Shown: positions 54,705 to 64,000 of the stretch, in pieces
How positions within the stretch are numbered: the first letter of the stretch is position 1
Layout: every line of letters begins with the position of its first letter
The notes under the pieces: generated by a model
What the model was told of the DNA's origin: nothing
Databases searched by the model: none
What the model saw: only the letters and a program-made list of their open reading frames with translations
Program-made: the position numbers and the translations under genes
Assembly: GCA_964637315.1 (NCBI GenBank)
Contig: CAZWTT010000001.1
Coordinates: 6,939 to 70,938, forward strand
Length of the DNA: 64,000 nucleotides
Origin: an uncultured Dehalococcoidia bacterium
Lineage (GTDB): Bacteria; Chloroflexota; Dehalococcoidia; Lucifugimonadales; UBA2962
Direction of reading: 5' to 3'

Positions 54705-54725
54705 CCGGCTCTCCTTCATTCGTAC

Positions 54726-55205
54726 TCAGTTGCTCAGTTTCTGCCGCAGCAGGTCGGCGACCCCGGGGGGCACCAGGCCTTGCACGTCGCCGCCCAGTCG
54801 GGCGACCTCCTTGATTCGCGAAGAACGCATGAACTGGTGATCCAGGGCGCTCATCACACACACTACGTCCACGTCGGGGGCCAAGCTCCTCCACATGTGA
54901 GCCATCTCGAACTCAACCTCGAAGTCCAAACCCGCTCGCAGGCCACGAAGGATGAATCCGGCGCCCACGGTGCGAGCGAAATCGACTGCCAGGCCTGAAA
55001 AGGCTCGAATCTCCACGTTGGTTGTCTCTTTCACGGAGTCGGCGAACATGCTCGCCCGTTCGTCAGTCGTGAACATAAGCGACTTGGGCGGACTGTCGTA
55101 GACCCCCACCACCAAGTGGTCGAAAAGCTTGGCCGCCCTCTTTGTGACGTCTACATGTCCTTTGTGGACCGGGTCGAACGTGCCAGGGTAAACGGCCTTA
55201 GCCAT
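54726..55205 (-). CDS. coaD: Pantetheine-phosphate adenylyltransferase
   Basis: MAKAVYPGTFDPVHKGHVDV… (T/HxGH motif); 159 aa. Confidence 0.9.
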   Translation of the reverse strand: MAKAVYPGTFDPVHKGHVDVTKRAAKLFDHLVVGVYDSPPKSLMFTTDERASMFADSVKETTNVEIRAFSGLAVDFARTVGAGFILRGLRAGLDFEVEFEMAHMWRSLAPDVDVVCVMSALDHQFMRSSRIKEVARLGGDVQGLVPPGVADLLRQKLSN

Positions 55206-55800
55206 TGATGGCCGCCAATGTGAATATCGAGATCGACGAGTCCCCGTAACGCCTAGTTCTGGAGAGGTCCAGTCGCCTGTATGAAGCCTCCAACGCGCGG
55301 CCGGACCCGTACTCGGCGACCACCGTACCGTCCGGACTCAAGAGCGGACTGTCACTCAAGCCCGCTAGGAGCCCTTCCCAGGGGTCGTCATCGTACGGCG
55401 GGTCTATGAAGACCAAGTCGTATCGTCCTCCATCGCGGCCACCCTTGTTGGAGCCAGGTAGGGTGGCCGGTGAACCAGCCACCTTTTCTGCTCTGGCCCT
55501 TACCACCGTCGCTCGGTCGTCGTATCCGAGCGACTTGATATTGGCGTTGATCGTGTTGCATGCTTTGGCATCCTCCTCTACAAAGTCGGCCCGAGCCGCC
55601 CCTCGACTGAGTGCCTCCAGCCCCATTGCCCCGGTCCCGGCATACAGGTCCAAGACCCTGGCCCCCTCTACGCAGTCTCCCAGCATCGAGAAGATGGCGG
55701 CCCTAACCTTTTCGGTGGTCGGCCTCAATCGACCCTTTGGCGTCTGGAGCCTCCGGCCCCTATCCTTACCGCCGGAGATTCGGGTGCTCATCAGCCTCAC
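55198..55800 (-). CDS. rsmD: 16S rRNA (guanine966-N2)-methyltransferase
   Basis: …ISGGKDRGRRL…RPTTEKVRAAIFSML…VLDLYAGTGAMG…DLVFIDPPY…. The gene overlaps coaD. Confidence 0.85.
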   Translation of the reverse strand: MRLMSTRISGGKDRGRRLQTPKGRLRPTTEKVRAAIFSMLGDCVEGARVLDLYAGTGAMGLEALSRGAARADFVEEDAKACNTINANIKSLGYDDRATVVRARAEKVAGSPATLPGSNKGGRDGGRYDLVFIDPPYDDDPWEGLLAGLSDSPLLSPDGTVVAEYGSGRALEASYRRLDLSRTRRYGDSSISIFTLAAING

Positions 55801-56069
55801 TTCGCCGGTCGAGACTTCAGCGCGGCCCGGTAACCAGCCATCGAGAGTGACGCGATGTTAGCAGCGAGGCCACCGGCATAGAAGTAGTTTTTGTACAAGT
55901 TTTAGAAAAAGTCTAGTAAATGTCCTTGTGCTCAAGAGGCGGTGGTCGGTTAGAATTGGATTCCGGGCTGAGTGGGGAGCCACCGGGGCAGGGCGTTCAG
56001 CCCCTTCGTTTCTAAATGGCGACCGGTGTGGTTCATCAGCCGCCGACAACCGGAACCGGGGGCCGAAGA

Positions 56070-56549
56070 ATGACCAGTAGAAACCACACTGTCCACTACC
56101 TGACCGAAGACGGCGTCAGGAAGCTTGAGGACGAACTGCAGCACCTTCGCAACGTGCGCCGCCACGAGGTGGCGTCCAGAATTCACGAAGCCGTCGCCTC
56201 CGGCGAGGGAACCGACACCGCCGACTACGAAGAGGCGAAAAATGAGCAGGCGTTCGCCGAAGGACGCATACAGGATGTCGAGAACATTCTGGCCACCCCG
56301 CGTGTCTCGAACCACGATCCCAAGTCGCGAAAAGCCGTCGAGATCGGGTCCGCCGTAACGGTTGCCGACCACAAAGGAAAAAGCCACCGTTACAAGATCG
56401 TTGGCAGCGCCGAGGCTGCCCCACTGGAGAATCGGATCTCCAACGAGTCCCCCTTGGGCCACGCCCTGGTGGGCTGCAACAAGGGCGACGAGGTGGTTTA
56501 CGAGACCCCCTCCGGGCACCAGACGCTGACGATAGAGAAGATTCAGTAA
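56070..56549 (+). CDS. greA: Transcription elongation factor GreA
   Basis: …YLTEDGVRKLEDELQHLRNVRR…DYEEAKNEQAFAEGRI…VEIGSAVTV…YKIVGSAEA…ISNESPLGHAL…. ATG 56016 is the alternative start. Confidence 0.85.
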   Translation: MTSRNHTVHYLTEDGVRKLEDELQHLRNVRRHEVASRIHEAVASGEGTDTADYEEAKNEQAFAEGRIQDVENILATPRVSNHDPKSRKAVEIGSAVTVADHKGKSHRYKIVGSAEAAPLENRISNESPLGHALVGCNKGDEVVYETPSGHQTLTIEKIQ

Positions 56550-58078
56550 TGGCTGGTGATGGCGATGCTCCGGCACCCAGCGACCTTATACAGGTCAGGC
56601 GGGACAAGCTAAGCAGGCTGCGTGCGCGGGGTATCGACCCATACCCGCACTCCTTTACGCGGACACATACCAGCTCCGGGGCGCGGGAATTCCTAGCCGC
56701 CGCCGAAGCGACATCGACCAACCCGGATGTCTCCGTTCGCACCGAACCCGTGACGGTCGCCGGCCGTTTGATGGCGGTCCGAGGCATGGGTAAGGCCACC
56801 TTTGTGGACCTGAAGGATGCCGACGGCCGAATTCAGGCCCTGCTGCGACGCAACGCCCTCACCGAGTCGTACGAACTGCTCGACGATCTCGACATCGGCG
56901 ACTGGATAGGTGTCAGTGGGCCGGTCATGCGGACGAGGAAGGGGGAGGTTACGGTCGAGGCAGAGTCGCTGACCGTTCTCTCCAAGTCGCTTCGGCCGCT
57001 ACCCGAAAAATGGCACGGCCTCGCGGACACCGAGGTGAGGTTCCGCCGGCGCTACCTCGACCTGATCGCCAACGACGATGCTCAACGGGTGGCGGTGCTG
57101 CGCGCGAAAGTGGTCTCCTGCATGCGCCGCTTTCTCGACGGACAGGGCTTCATGGAGGTCGAGACCCCGGTGTTGGTGCCGGTTGCGGCCGGCGCGATGG
57201 CGCGGCCGTTCGTTACCCACCACAACCAACTCAACACTGACCTGTTTCTGCGCATCGCTACGGAGTTGTATCTTAAACGACTAATCGTTGGTGGGCTGGA
57301 GAAGGTCTACGAGATCGGCAGAGTGTTCCGCAACGAGGGCGTGGACTTCTACCATAACCCCGAGTTCACCATGATGGAGAGCTATCAGGCTTTCGCCGAC
57401 TACAACGACGTGATGGAAATGGTGGAGCAGATGGTTGGCGCCATCGCAAAAGAAGCGCTGGGCAACATGACCGTCGAGTTCGACGGCGACGAGATCGACC
57501 TCACCCCGCCCTGGCCGAGGCTCAGCCTGCGCGACCAGCTCATCGAGCACGCCGGGATCGACTTCCTCGAATACCCAAATCTTGATTCCCTCGCTGACAA
57601 GATGCGGGGTCAAGGCCTCGATACGTCACAGCAAAACAGCTGGGCCGGGCTGCTGGACAAGCTTGTGTCGGACACCGTAGAGCCGAAACTCATCCAGCCG
57701 TCCTTCCTTGTCGATTACCCCATAGAGATGTCGCCCCTGGCAAAGCGACATCGCCAGGACCCGGGGGTAGCCGAGCGCTTTGAGGGGTTTATTGCGGGCA
57801 TGGAGTTCTGTAACTCCTTTACTGAGCTTAACGACCCGGTCGACCAGCGGGCTCGATTCGAAGAGCAGGAAGCCCTTCGCACCGCCTTGCAGGTACAGGA
57901 AGATGACGAGGCCGAAGAGGTTTACGACCGCCTGGATGAGGACTTCCTGGTGGCGGTCGAACACGGCATGCCCCCGACCGGGGGGCTGGGTGTGGGTGTG
58001 GACCGCCTGGCGATGTTGCTGTCGGGCCACCGCTCCATCCGCGAGGTCATCCTCTTCCCACAACTGCGTCCCCGATAG
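56549..58078 (+). CDS. lysS: Lysine--tRNA ligase (class II)
   Basis: 509 aa with an OB-fold N-terminal domain and class II motifs …FMEVETPVL…, …YEIGRVFRNEG…, …GLGVGVDRLAMLL…. Confidence 0.95.
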   Translation: MAGDGDAPAPSDLIQVRRDKLSRLRARGIDPYPHSFTRTHTSSGAREFLAAAEATSTNPDVSVRTEPVTVAGRLMAVRGMGKATFVDLKDADGRIQALLRRNALTESYELLDDLDIGDWIGVSGPVMRTRKGEVTVEAESLTVLSKSLRPLPEKWHGLADTEVRFRRRYLDLIANDDAQRVAVLRAKVVSCMRRFLDGQGFMEVETPVLVPVAAGAMARPFVTHHNQLNTDLFLRIATELYLKRLIVGGLEKVYEIGRVFRNEGVDFYHNPEFTMMESYQAFADYNDVMEMVEQMVGAIAKEALGNMTVEFDGDEIDLTPPWPRLSLRDQLIEHAGIDFLEYPNLDSLADKMRGQGLDTSQQNSWAGLLDKLVSDTVEPKLIQPSFLVDYPIEMSPLAKRHRQDPGVAERFEGFIAGMEFCNSFTELNDPVDQRARFEEQEALRTALQVQEDDEAEEVYDRLDEDFLVAVEHGMPPTGGLGVGVDRLAMLLSGHRSIREVILFPQLRPR

Positions 58079-58087
58079 GCGAGGCCG

Positions 58088-58391
58088 TCAACGACTAGGA
58101 GTATCCACCAGAATCACTTCACGGATCTCGCTAAGACGGTTCGGATAACGGAGTATATCTAGCGGAACGATTGCGCCATTTTCAACGTAGTTACCGACTT
58201 GCCAACAGATGCTGCCGTTCTCACTGACTACTCCGACACACACCTCGATTACCCGAGGTTGTTCCGCGATGTAAGTTCTAAGTCGCCACGCGTTTTATAC
58301 GGCTTCCCTAGGGGGAGGGCACAGCCAGTTTGACGGTACCGGCCGGAATCGGCGACGGCAAATCGAGACAATCACCTTCGTAAAGGACCAT
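58088..58391 (-). pseudogene. Relic of an N4/N6 DNA methyltransferase (N-terminal third only; stops and frameshifts)
   Basis: MVLYEGDCLDLPSPIPAGTVKLAVPSP[stop] (SPPY motif region), then in another frame …ENGSICWQVGNYVENGAIVPLDIL…. It lies in a visibly AT-richer spacer with no long ORF. Confidence 0.5.
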
Positions 58392-58454
58392 GTCCGCAGA
58401 GGGATCATATTTATTTGATAGTTGGACATTGCTCGACTGATTGCAGCTTTTAAA

Positions 58455-59219
58455 CTAACGGTCTATTAGAGGGAGATCCTTGTTGACTGCTGGCGCTCTG
58501 TCAACCGCCGCCTTTTCCCCGACCAGGATTGCGACGGTACCAAACGCCAGTCGATGGCTCTTCGCTACCGGCAGACCGGCTGCATCCATGTCGCGCGCCA
58601 GGCCGTCGCGTGTGAAGTCGGCGGCCGACTCAGGCAGGTAGGTGTAGGCATCGCTATCACCGGCAAACGCCAGTCCCAAAACCGGAGCGACGGTCCTGAA
58701 GACGGTGCCGAAAAGGCTTGCTGCGAGGCCCGAGTTACTGGAGGAGAAGATATCCAGCATAGCCAGTCGGCCACCCGGCTTCAGGACGCGATGGACCTCC
58801 AGTAGAGCGGTGGGCCGGTCGATGAAGTTGCGCATCCCGAAGCCGACCGTGACTAGGGTGAAGCTATCGTCGTCGAATGGTAGTGAGTGTGCGTCCGATA
58901 GGGCTACGGCGACCCGGTCCGCCATCCCCGCCCGCCGCAACTTGTCCATTCCGATTGCCAGCATCGGTGCTGAGAAGTCAACAGCCGTCCACCTCATTGG
59001 ACCGGCGGCATTCAATACGAAGTCGAGAGTACCGGTGGCGAGGTCCAGCGCCGGGCCCTCGGCCGTCAGGCCGTCCAGTGCCATGTCCAGGGCACTGCGA
59101 CGCCAGGCGTGGTGTCGACCGCCGGACATGAGGGTGTTGAGCAGGTCGTAACGGCCAGATATGCGGCCGAACATGCAGGCGACGTAGTCGGCCCGCTCGG
59201 GGCCTCGAAGCGAGGCCAT
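58455..59219 (-). CDS. ubiE: UbiE/MenG-type (demethyl)menaquinone/ubiquinone C-methyltransferase
   Basis: …VACMFGRISGRYDLLNTLMSGGRHHAWRR…LDLATGT…FGMRN…. Confidence 0.8.
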   Translation of the reverse strand: MASLRGPERADYVACMFGRISGRYDLLNTLMSGGRHHAWRRSALDMALDGLTAEGPALDLATGTLDFVLNAAGPMRWTAVDFSAPMLAIGMDKLRRAGMADRVAVALSDAHSLPFDDDSFTLVTVGFGMRNFIDRPTALLEVHRVLKPGGRLAMLDIFSSSNSGLAASLFGTVFRTVAPVLGLAFAGDSDAYTYLPESAADFTRDGLARDMDAAGLPVAKSHRLAFGTVAILVGEKAAVDRAPAVNKDLPLIDR

Positions 59220-59222
59220 CTG

Positions 59223-60788
59223 CTAGCCCTCGACTAGGCTCTTGATGGCCGGGGGTAGCTCGGACAGCAGGTCCCCGGCGATGACGCCCGCCTCCCCCAT
59301 CTGCGACCGGACGATCTCTCCCGCCGACCCGTGCAGGAAGACGCCGAGGGCCGCCGCCTCGAACAGCGGCACGCCCTGCGCAAGTAGTCCAACGATTACG
59401 CCGGCCAGGACGTCACCCGTACCTGCAGTGGCCAGGGCGGGGTTGGCGAACGGGCTCACCATCGCTCGGTCATCCGGGTCGGCGACAACGGTGTAGGCGC
59501 CCTTCAGCACCACCGTCTTGTCCCACTCGTACGCTGCGCGCCGAGCCTGCTCAATGCGTTCGGCGCCCTGTGGCAGCGCGACGGAGCCGGTCAGTCGTGA
59601 CATCTCACCCGCGTGCGGCGTGACGATCGCCGGTGCCAAGAAGCGCTTGTGCCAGTCGGTCACCTCGGATAGCAGGTTGAGCCCGTCAGCGTCCACTACA
59701 GTGGGCGGTAGCTCGGCCCCTGACAGGAGCAACCTCGATACCATCTCACCGGTGCCAGCAGCGCGACCGAGGCCACAGCCCAATAGCAGGGCGGAGTAAC
59801 CGGATAGGGCGGCGAGGATTTCGCTCGCCCCGTCGGCCGCGATGCCCCCCTCGGACGTCTCGGGCATGGGCAGGTAGGTGACGTGCGGTGCCGCCGTGGC
59901 GACCGCCATCTGGATGCCCGACGGCACCGCCGCCGTGACCAGGCCCGCGCCCGCTCTCGTGGCGGCCGTCGCACAAAGGTACGCCGCACCAACGTAGTTG
60001 CGGCACCCGGAGACGACGAGTGCCCTACCGAAAGTCCCCTTGTGACCACTCGTGGACCGGTTCGGCAGTTTCGATTCAGCCCAGTCTGGAGTGATGAGGG
60101 ACAGCTTCACGTCCGCATCTAGGCCGGGCGGCAGTCCGATGTCCTCCACCGACACCAGTCCGCACAGGTCGGCCCCCGGCAGTGCGCAGTGGCCGATCTT
60201 GGGGTACCCGAGGGCGATGGTGATATCTGTCTGGACGGAGGCCGGATCGGCTTCGGCCGTATCGGAGTTCACGCCGGAGGGCAGGTCGATCGCGACGAGC
60301 AGCAGTTCCGGACGGTCCTCTCTGGCGCTGGCAAGTGCGGTAAGTCGACTGGTGAGGCTGCCGGTAATGGGGCGGGACGCCCCCGTCCCAAGCACAGCGT
60401 CGACGACCAGTGCGGCCTCAGATAGCTCCCGCTTCAGAACACTCAGGTCGGCGTCGTCTTTGGCGCGAACCAGGTGGACCTGCTCCGGTAGGTCGGCGGT
60501 CTTTGGATGTGGCGCCCTGTCGGTCGCGGTCAGGTAAACGGTGGTGCGGGCCCCCCAGCCCGACAGGTGGCGGGCGGCCACCAGGCCGTCGCCCCCGTTG
60601 TTGCCGGACCCGACTAACACCAGTACTGACGTTTCAGACAGGCCGCCCTCGTCGTCCGGGCCGAGCGTCCGGCGACACGTCTCCGCTACTGCCAGGCCCG
60701 CGTTCTCCATGAGGGCGTCGGTGCTGATTACGGACGCTTCCGATCGCCGTTCGATCTCGCCCATCTGCCTGGATGTAAGAATCTTCAT
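59223..60788 (-). CDS. nnr: Bifunctional NAD(P)H-hydrate repair enzyme (epimerase/dehydratase)
   Basis: 521 aa with a YjeF-N domain (…LVGSGNNGGDGL…) and a carbohydrate-kinase-like C-terminus (…GTGDVLAG…). Confidence 0.9.
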   Translation of the reverse strand: MKILTSRQMGEIERRSEASVISTDALMENAGLAVAETCRRTLGPDDEGGLSETSVLVLVGSGNNGGDGLVAARHLSGWGARTTVYLTATDRAPHPKTADLPEQVHLVRAKDDADLSVLKRELSEAALVVDAVLGTGASRPITGSLTSRLTALASAREDRPELLLVAIDLPSGVNSDTAEADPASVQTDITIALGYPKIGHCALPGADLCGLVSVEDIGLPPGLDADVKLSLITPDWAESKLPNRSTSGHKGTFGRALVVSGCRNYVGAAYLCATAATRAGAGLVTAAVPSGIQMAVATAAPHVTYLPMPETSEGGIAADGASEILAALSGYSALLLGCGLGRAAGTGEMVSRLLLSGAELPPTVVDADGLNLLSEVTDWHKRFLAPAIVTPHAGEMSRLTGSVALPQGAERIEQARRAAYEWDKTVVLKGAYTVVADPDDRAMVSPFANPALATAGTGDVLAGVIVGLLAQGVPLFEAAALGVFLHGSAGEIVRSQMGEAGVIAGDLLSELPPAIKSLVEG

Positions 60789-60824
60789 TGAGCTTTGTAC
60801 GGTGACTGGTTGGGGTAACAGGCT

Positions 60825-61202
60825 CTAATAATTTGGAAGGGTACTCTCGGCCACCACGAAGGCGATGGCGAACTCGTTGGAATGGGACAGGGAGACGGCG
60901 ATCTGGTCGATACCCATGCGCTCGGCCTGTGCTGCCGCCTTGCCGTGGAGCGCGATCGTCGGCGCACGACCCGGTCGCCGCACCACCTCGACGTCCTTCC
61001 ACGGGACACCCCGTATCCCGGTGCCGAGGGCCTTCATTACCGCCTCCTTGGCGGCGAAGCGGGTGGCGAGTTGAGGCGCACGATCCCTGCAGTACCGTTG
61101 TTCCCGCTCTGTGTAAACACGGTTGAAAAAGCGTTGTCCGTACCGCTCGGCCACGCGTTTGACCCGCGGAATCTCGATCATGTCCACACCGTTTACCAGC
61201 AT
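60825..61202 (-). CDS. acpS: Holo-[acyl-carrier-protein] synthase
   Basis: MLVNGVDMIEIPRV…RFAAKEAVMKALGTG…VSLSHSNEFAIAFVV. GTG 61229 is the alternative start. Confidence 0.8.
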   Translation of the reverse strand: MLVNGVDMIEIPRVKRVAERYGQRFFNRVYTEREQRYCRDRAPQLATRFAAKEAVMKALGTGIRGVPWKDVEVVRRPGRAPTIALHGKAAAQAERMGIDQIAVSLSHSNEFAIAFVVAESTLPNY

Positions 61203-61288
61203 CTTCGCACCGTCAGATTCTACGCCCACCGGTTTCCCGACCCCATTTCTTGGTCGCGGCCGTATAATTTGCGCGTCTGGAGAGTCTA

Positions 61289-62173
61289 ATGACGGCAGAG
61301 ATCATTGACGGCAAGGCGATCGCCGCCGAGGTGAGATCGGAGGTGGCCGACGGCGTGGCCCGGCTCAAGGTCGACACCGGTGTGACGCCATGCCTCGCGG
61401 TAGTGCTTGTGGGCGAGGACCCGGCGTCGCAGGTGTACGTGAGCAACAAGCAGAAAGCCGCCGCCGAAACTGGCATGGTGGCCGAAGACCATACGATGTC
61501 CGCCGACACATCGGCCGAGGTGCTCAGGGCGAAGATCGATGGCCTGAACGCCGACCCCGCAGTACACGGAATCCTCGTCCAGTTGCCGTTGCCCGATCAC
61601 CTGGACGAAAAGGAGTTCATCCAGCGCATCGCCTCCGAGAAGGACGTGGACGGCCTGCATCCCGTGAACATGGGGCTGCTGCTGGCTGGCACGCCCCGCT
61701 TCGTGTCCGCCACTCCGGCGGGGGTGCAGCAGATGCTGCTGCGAACCGGCAACGCGCCTGCAGGCAAGCATGTAGTGGTGTGCGGCCGCTCAGACATCGT
61801 CGGCAAGCCGGTCACGGCCCTGCTCATGCAGCGCAATGACGACGCCAACGCCACGGTAACCGTGTGTCACACGAGAACGGCCGACATCGGCGTCATTACC
61901 CGCCAGGCCGATATCCTCATAGCGGCCGTCGGGTTGGCACGGTTCGTTACGGCCGACATGGTGACGGACGGCGCCGTGGTCATTGACGTAGGCATCAACC
62001 GGGTGGACGCGCCGGAGCGCAAGCGCGGCTACAGGCTGGTGGGGGACGTCGACTACGAGCCCGTGGCCGAGAAAGCGTCGGCGATCACGCCGGTGCCCGG
62101 CGGTGTGGGCCCCATGACCATTGCTATGCTGCTGGTCAACACCCTCAAGGCAGCCCGGCTTTCCGCGGACTAG
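61289..62173 (+). CDS. folD: Bifunctional methylenetetrahydrofolate dehydrogenase/cyclohydrolase
   Basis: …IIDGKAIA…PCLAVVLVGEDPASQVYV…GILVQLPLP…VVCGRSDIVGKP…PVPGGVGPMT…. Confidence 0.95.
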   Translation: MTAEIIDGKAIAAEVRSEVADGVARLKVDTGVTPCLAVVLVGEDPASQVYVSNKQKAAAETGMVAEDHTMSADTSAEVLRAKIDGLNADPAVHGILVQLPLPDHLDEKEFIQRIASEKDVDGLHPVNMGLLLAGTPRFVSATPAGVQQMLLRTGNAPAGKHVVVCGRSDIVGKPVTALLMQRNDDANATVTVCHTRTADIGVITRQADILIAAVGLARFVTADMVTDGAVVIDVGINRVDAPERKRGYRLVGDVDYEPVAEKASAITPVPGGVGPMTIAMLLVNTLKAARLSAD

Positions 62174-62179
62174 CGCCCG

Positions 62180-63241
62180 CTAAGCGAAAGTGAGTGCCCT
62201 TGCCGGGTTGTGGATCAGGATGTTGTCGAGATGGTCCTGTGTGAACCCACGATTGCGCATGCGTCGCACGATGCTTTCGAGTATGTGGGCGTAACCCTTG
62301 CCTCCGTAGGCGGTGTTGTCCACCTTTAGGCACACGTCGTGGGCGATGGTGATCCGCTCGCCGTAGCCTTCGGATAGCAGGTACTCGATCGAGTCCATGC
62401 GCTGTACGTCGCTGACGCTGCTCGTCTCGATGTCTCCCGACCGGTAAGTCCCGCTGGTGTCCTCCGAGCCAAATCTGTCGTACTCGAGGTAGCAGCCGGT
62501 GTCGGCCAGTTCCTTGATGGCGGACATGGGCCGGATGTTATCCAGATGGCCCATGATGACATTTTCGGCATCGGCCCCAGCGTCCGTCAGGATCTTGATG
62601 ATCTCCAGCGGAGTGTCGGGGTGGATGCCGGGATGGATGAGGATAGGAGCGCCAGTCTCCACCTGGGCCTGTGCTGAGGCACGAAGCACCTTGCGCATGT
62701 TCTCGGTCAGCGGCGTGTGGTTGCCCACCTCGCCGATGACGCCGGACTTGACCCCGGTGTCGTTCACCCCGACGGTGACGTCGTCGATGATGTGCTGGGC
62801 GATCGACTCCTCGCTGCGCTCATCCATGTCGGCAGGGTGCGCCTGGGGGACGTAATGGCTGGCCCCCATGACCACGTTGAGCCCGGTGGCGCGTGAGATG
62901 CGGGCCAGCGCGAGAGGGTCTCGGGCGATACCGATGCTCGTTGTATCGACAAGGCTCTGACCGCCGGCGTAGCGGTATTTAAGCACTTCCTCGATTGCGA
63001 AGCGCTCGTCCAGAAGCTGCTGGTTGTGTTTGCTAGTGTAGAATCTGGACCTGATTTTTCCCAGCTTGTCCATCGTCACCGGCTGGTCGACGTACCAGCG
63101 CTCGCTGGCCTCCTCCGGCATCTGGAAGTAGCAGCGCAAGTCGATCAGCAGGTGTTCGTGTGTCAAGGTGATGCCGAGCGACCCCGGCTCCAACTCGCCG
63201 AGAACGGTCTGGACTCTTCCCGTCGGTCCCTTTGGGCTCAT
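62180..63241 (-). CDS. Phosphotriesterase-family hydrolase, copy 4 (unlinked, longer)
   Basis: LGITLTHEHLLIDL, …SGVIGEVGNH…, …ILIHPG…, …IMGHLD…, …IAHDV…. Confidence 0.85.
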   Translation of the reverse strand: MSPKGPTGRVQTVLGELEPGSLGITLTHEHLLIDLRCYFQMPEEASERWYVDQPVTMDKLGKIRSRFYTSKHNQQLLDERFAIEEVLKYRYAGGQSLVDTTSIGIARDPLALARISRATGLNVVMGASHYVPQAHPADMDERSEESIAQHIIDDVTVGVNDTGVKSGVIGEVGNHTPLTENMRKVLRASAQAQVETGAPILIHPGIHPDTPLEIIKILTDAGADAENVIMGHLDNIRPMSAIKELADTGCYLEYDRFGSEDTSGTYRSGDIETSSVSDVQRMDSIEYLLSEGYGERITIAHDVCLKVDNTAYGGKGYAHILESIVRRMRNRGFTQDHLDNILIHNPARALTFA

Positions 63242-63403
63242 TCCTTCATCCTCCCCGATGCTGAAATTCGCCTAAGCCTAGCACCCGCCGTCGTCTGGCG
63301 CCATGCTGGCACTGGTCGGTCGTCCGGTTGCCTGTGTACCGGCTCACGACCACCATGCGCGAGGGCGAGGGTTGCGGGCCGGTCTTTACTCGCATTCAAT
63401 GCG

Positions 63404-64000
63404 TTATTTAGCGGTGCGGCCTCCATCTAGGAGGACGATCTGCCCGGTCATGTAGTCGGATGCCGGGCTCGCCAGGTAGACCGCCAGCACGCCCAGTTCC
63501 CGTAGATTGCCATGCCGCCCCATAGGAATGGTGGCTAGGTTTTCAGCCGCTCCCTCCTCGCTCGTCCACACGCCATCTGTCATGCGTGTGTGAAACGCCC
63601 CGGGGGCCAGGGCGTTGACGTTGATGCCGTGCGGCGCCCACTCCAAAGCCAACACCCTGGTCAGCATATTCACCGCTGCCTTGGACACGTTGTACAGCGA
63701 CATGTAGGGTACGCCCATCTGGCCGTTCGTCGACGAGACGTTGATGACCTTGCCCGATCCTCGCTCAAGCATGTGTGGACCGATCGCGCGACAGCCGTAC
63801 ATGACCCCGGCGACGTTCACTTCCATCATGTGTTGCCACTCGTCGTCGGTGACGGGTGAGATGGGCGGCCGGGTCAAGCGTACGGAATCGGGCCCGCCGT
63901 CGGGCATGGGGACGAGCGGCAGGAAGTGCACCGTTCCGGCGTTGTTGACCATGATGTCGACTCTTCCGAATTGTGCAATGGCAGTCGATACAAGCCGGTC
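63404..64000 (-). CDS. SDR-family oxidoreductase (5' end beyond the window edge)
   Basis: The frame stays open to base 64000 (…FGRVDIMVNNAGT…). Catalytic YNVSKAA; C-terminal …ITGQIVLLDGG…. Confidence 0.8.
   Translation of the reverse strand, partial: DRLVSTAIAQFGRVDIMVNNAGTVHFLPLVPMPDGGPDSVRLTRPPISPVTDDEWQHMMEVNVAGVMYGCRAIGPHMLERGSGKVINVSSTNGQMGVPYMSLYNVSKAAVNMLTRVLALEWAPHGINVNALAPGAFHTRMTDGVWTSEEGAAENLATIPMGRHGNLRELGVLAVYLASPASDYMTGQIVLLDGGRTAK

Noticed and set aside
1-64000. Genome-wide TGA reassignment (code 4 or 25) as the explanation for the in-frame TGAs.
   Set aside because: Many well-supported genes here end at TGA at the expected length; examples are the CBS protein, rpsF, the 10644 ABC subunit's upstream partner and PTE copy 3. 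The organism is also GC-rich. Only site-specific recoding (Sec) or mutation is plausible.
1-64000. Searched by eye for CRISPR arrays, tRNA/rRNA genes, IS elements, integrases, toxin-antitoxin pairs and phage or defence-system genes.
   Set aside because: I recognised none. The only repeats found are the 72-nt patch, paralogous genes and short motifs. The only horizontal-transfer footprint is the methyltransferase relic at 58.1-58.4 kb.

Overview
GC-rich bacterial chromosomal segment, with composition judged by eye. I support about 65 protein-coding or disrupted genes. I recognised no rRNA, tRNA, CRISPR array, transposase, integrase or prophage gene. Content is mostly housekeeping genes (rpsF-ssb-rpsR, greA-lysS, coaD-rsmD, folD, acpS, nnr, apt, gdhA, kbl, tdh) mixed with accessory catabolic families. 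These families are four phosphotriesterase-family hydrolases (three in tandem), two 'putative cyclase' (formamidase-like) paralogues, amidohydrolase-2, short-chain dehydrogenase/reductase (SDR) enzymes, a thiamine-pyrophosphate (TPP) enzyme, and a molybdenum-hydroxylase operon with two large-subunit paralogues. A Chloroflexota-like (marine SAR202/Dehalococcoidia-type) origin is only a guess from gene content. The observations most worth follow-up are: (1) Two genes, DsrE-like at 2.5 kb and ArsC/Spx-like at 53.7 kb, carry an in-frame TGA exactly where the family has the first Cys of a CxxC motif. Each has a hairpin about 12 nt downstream, so both are candidate UxxC selenoproteins. (2) A CysO/MoaD-type sulfur-carrier gene reads 31 codons past its Gly-Gly and sits between the two Mo-hydroxylase catalytic subunits, with a JAMM peptidase 11 kb away. 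(3) A 72-nt near-identical patch is shared by a broken nucleotidyl-cyclase gene and an intact Kelch gene 5.1 kb downstream, bracketing the tandem phosphotriesterase array. (4) There is an isolated archaellin-type gene. (5) A decayed DNA-methyltransferase relic lies in an AT-richer spacer. (6) At least eight frame disruptions occur, most of them at short homopolymers, so sequencing error must be separated from real pseudogenisation before any of this is interpreted biologically.
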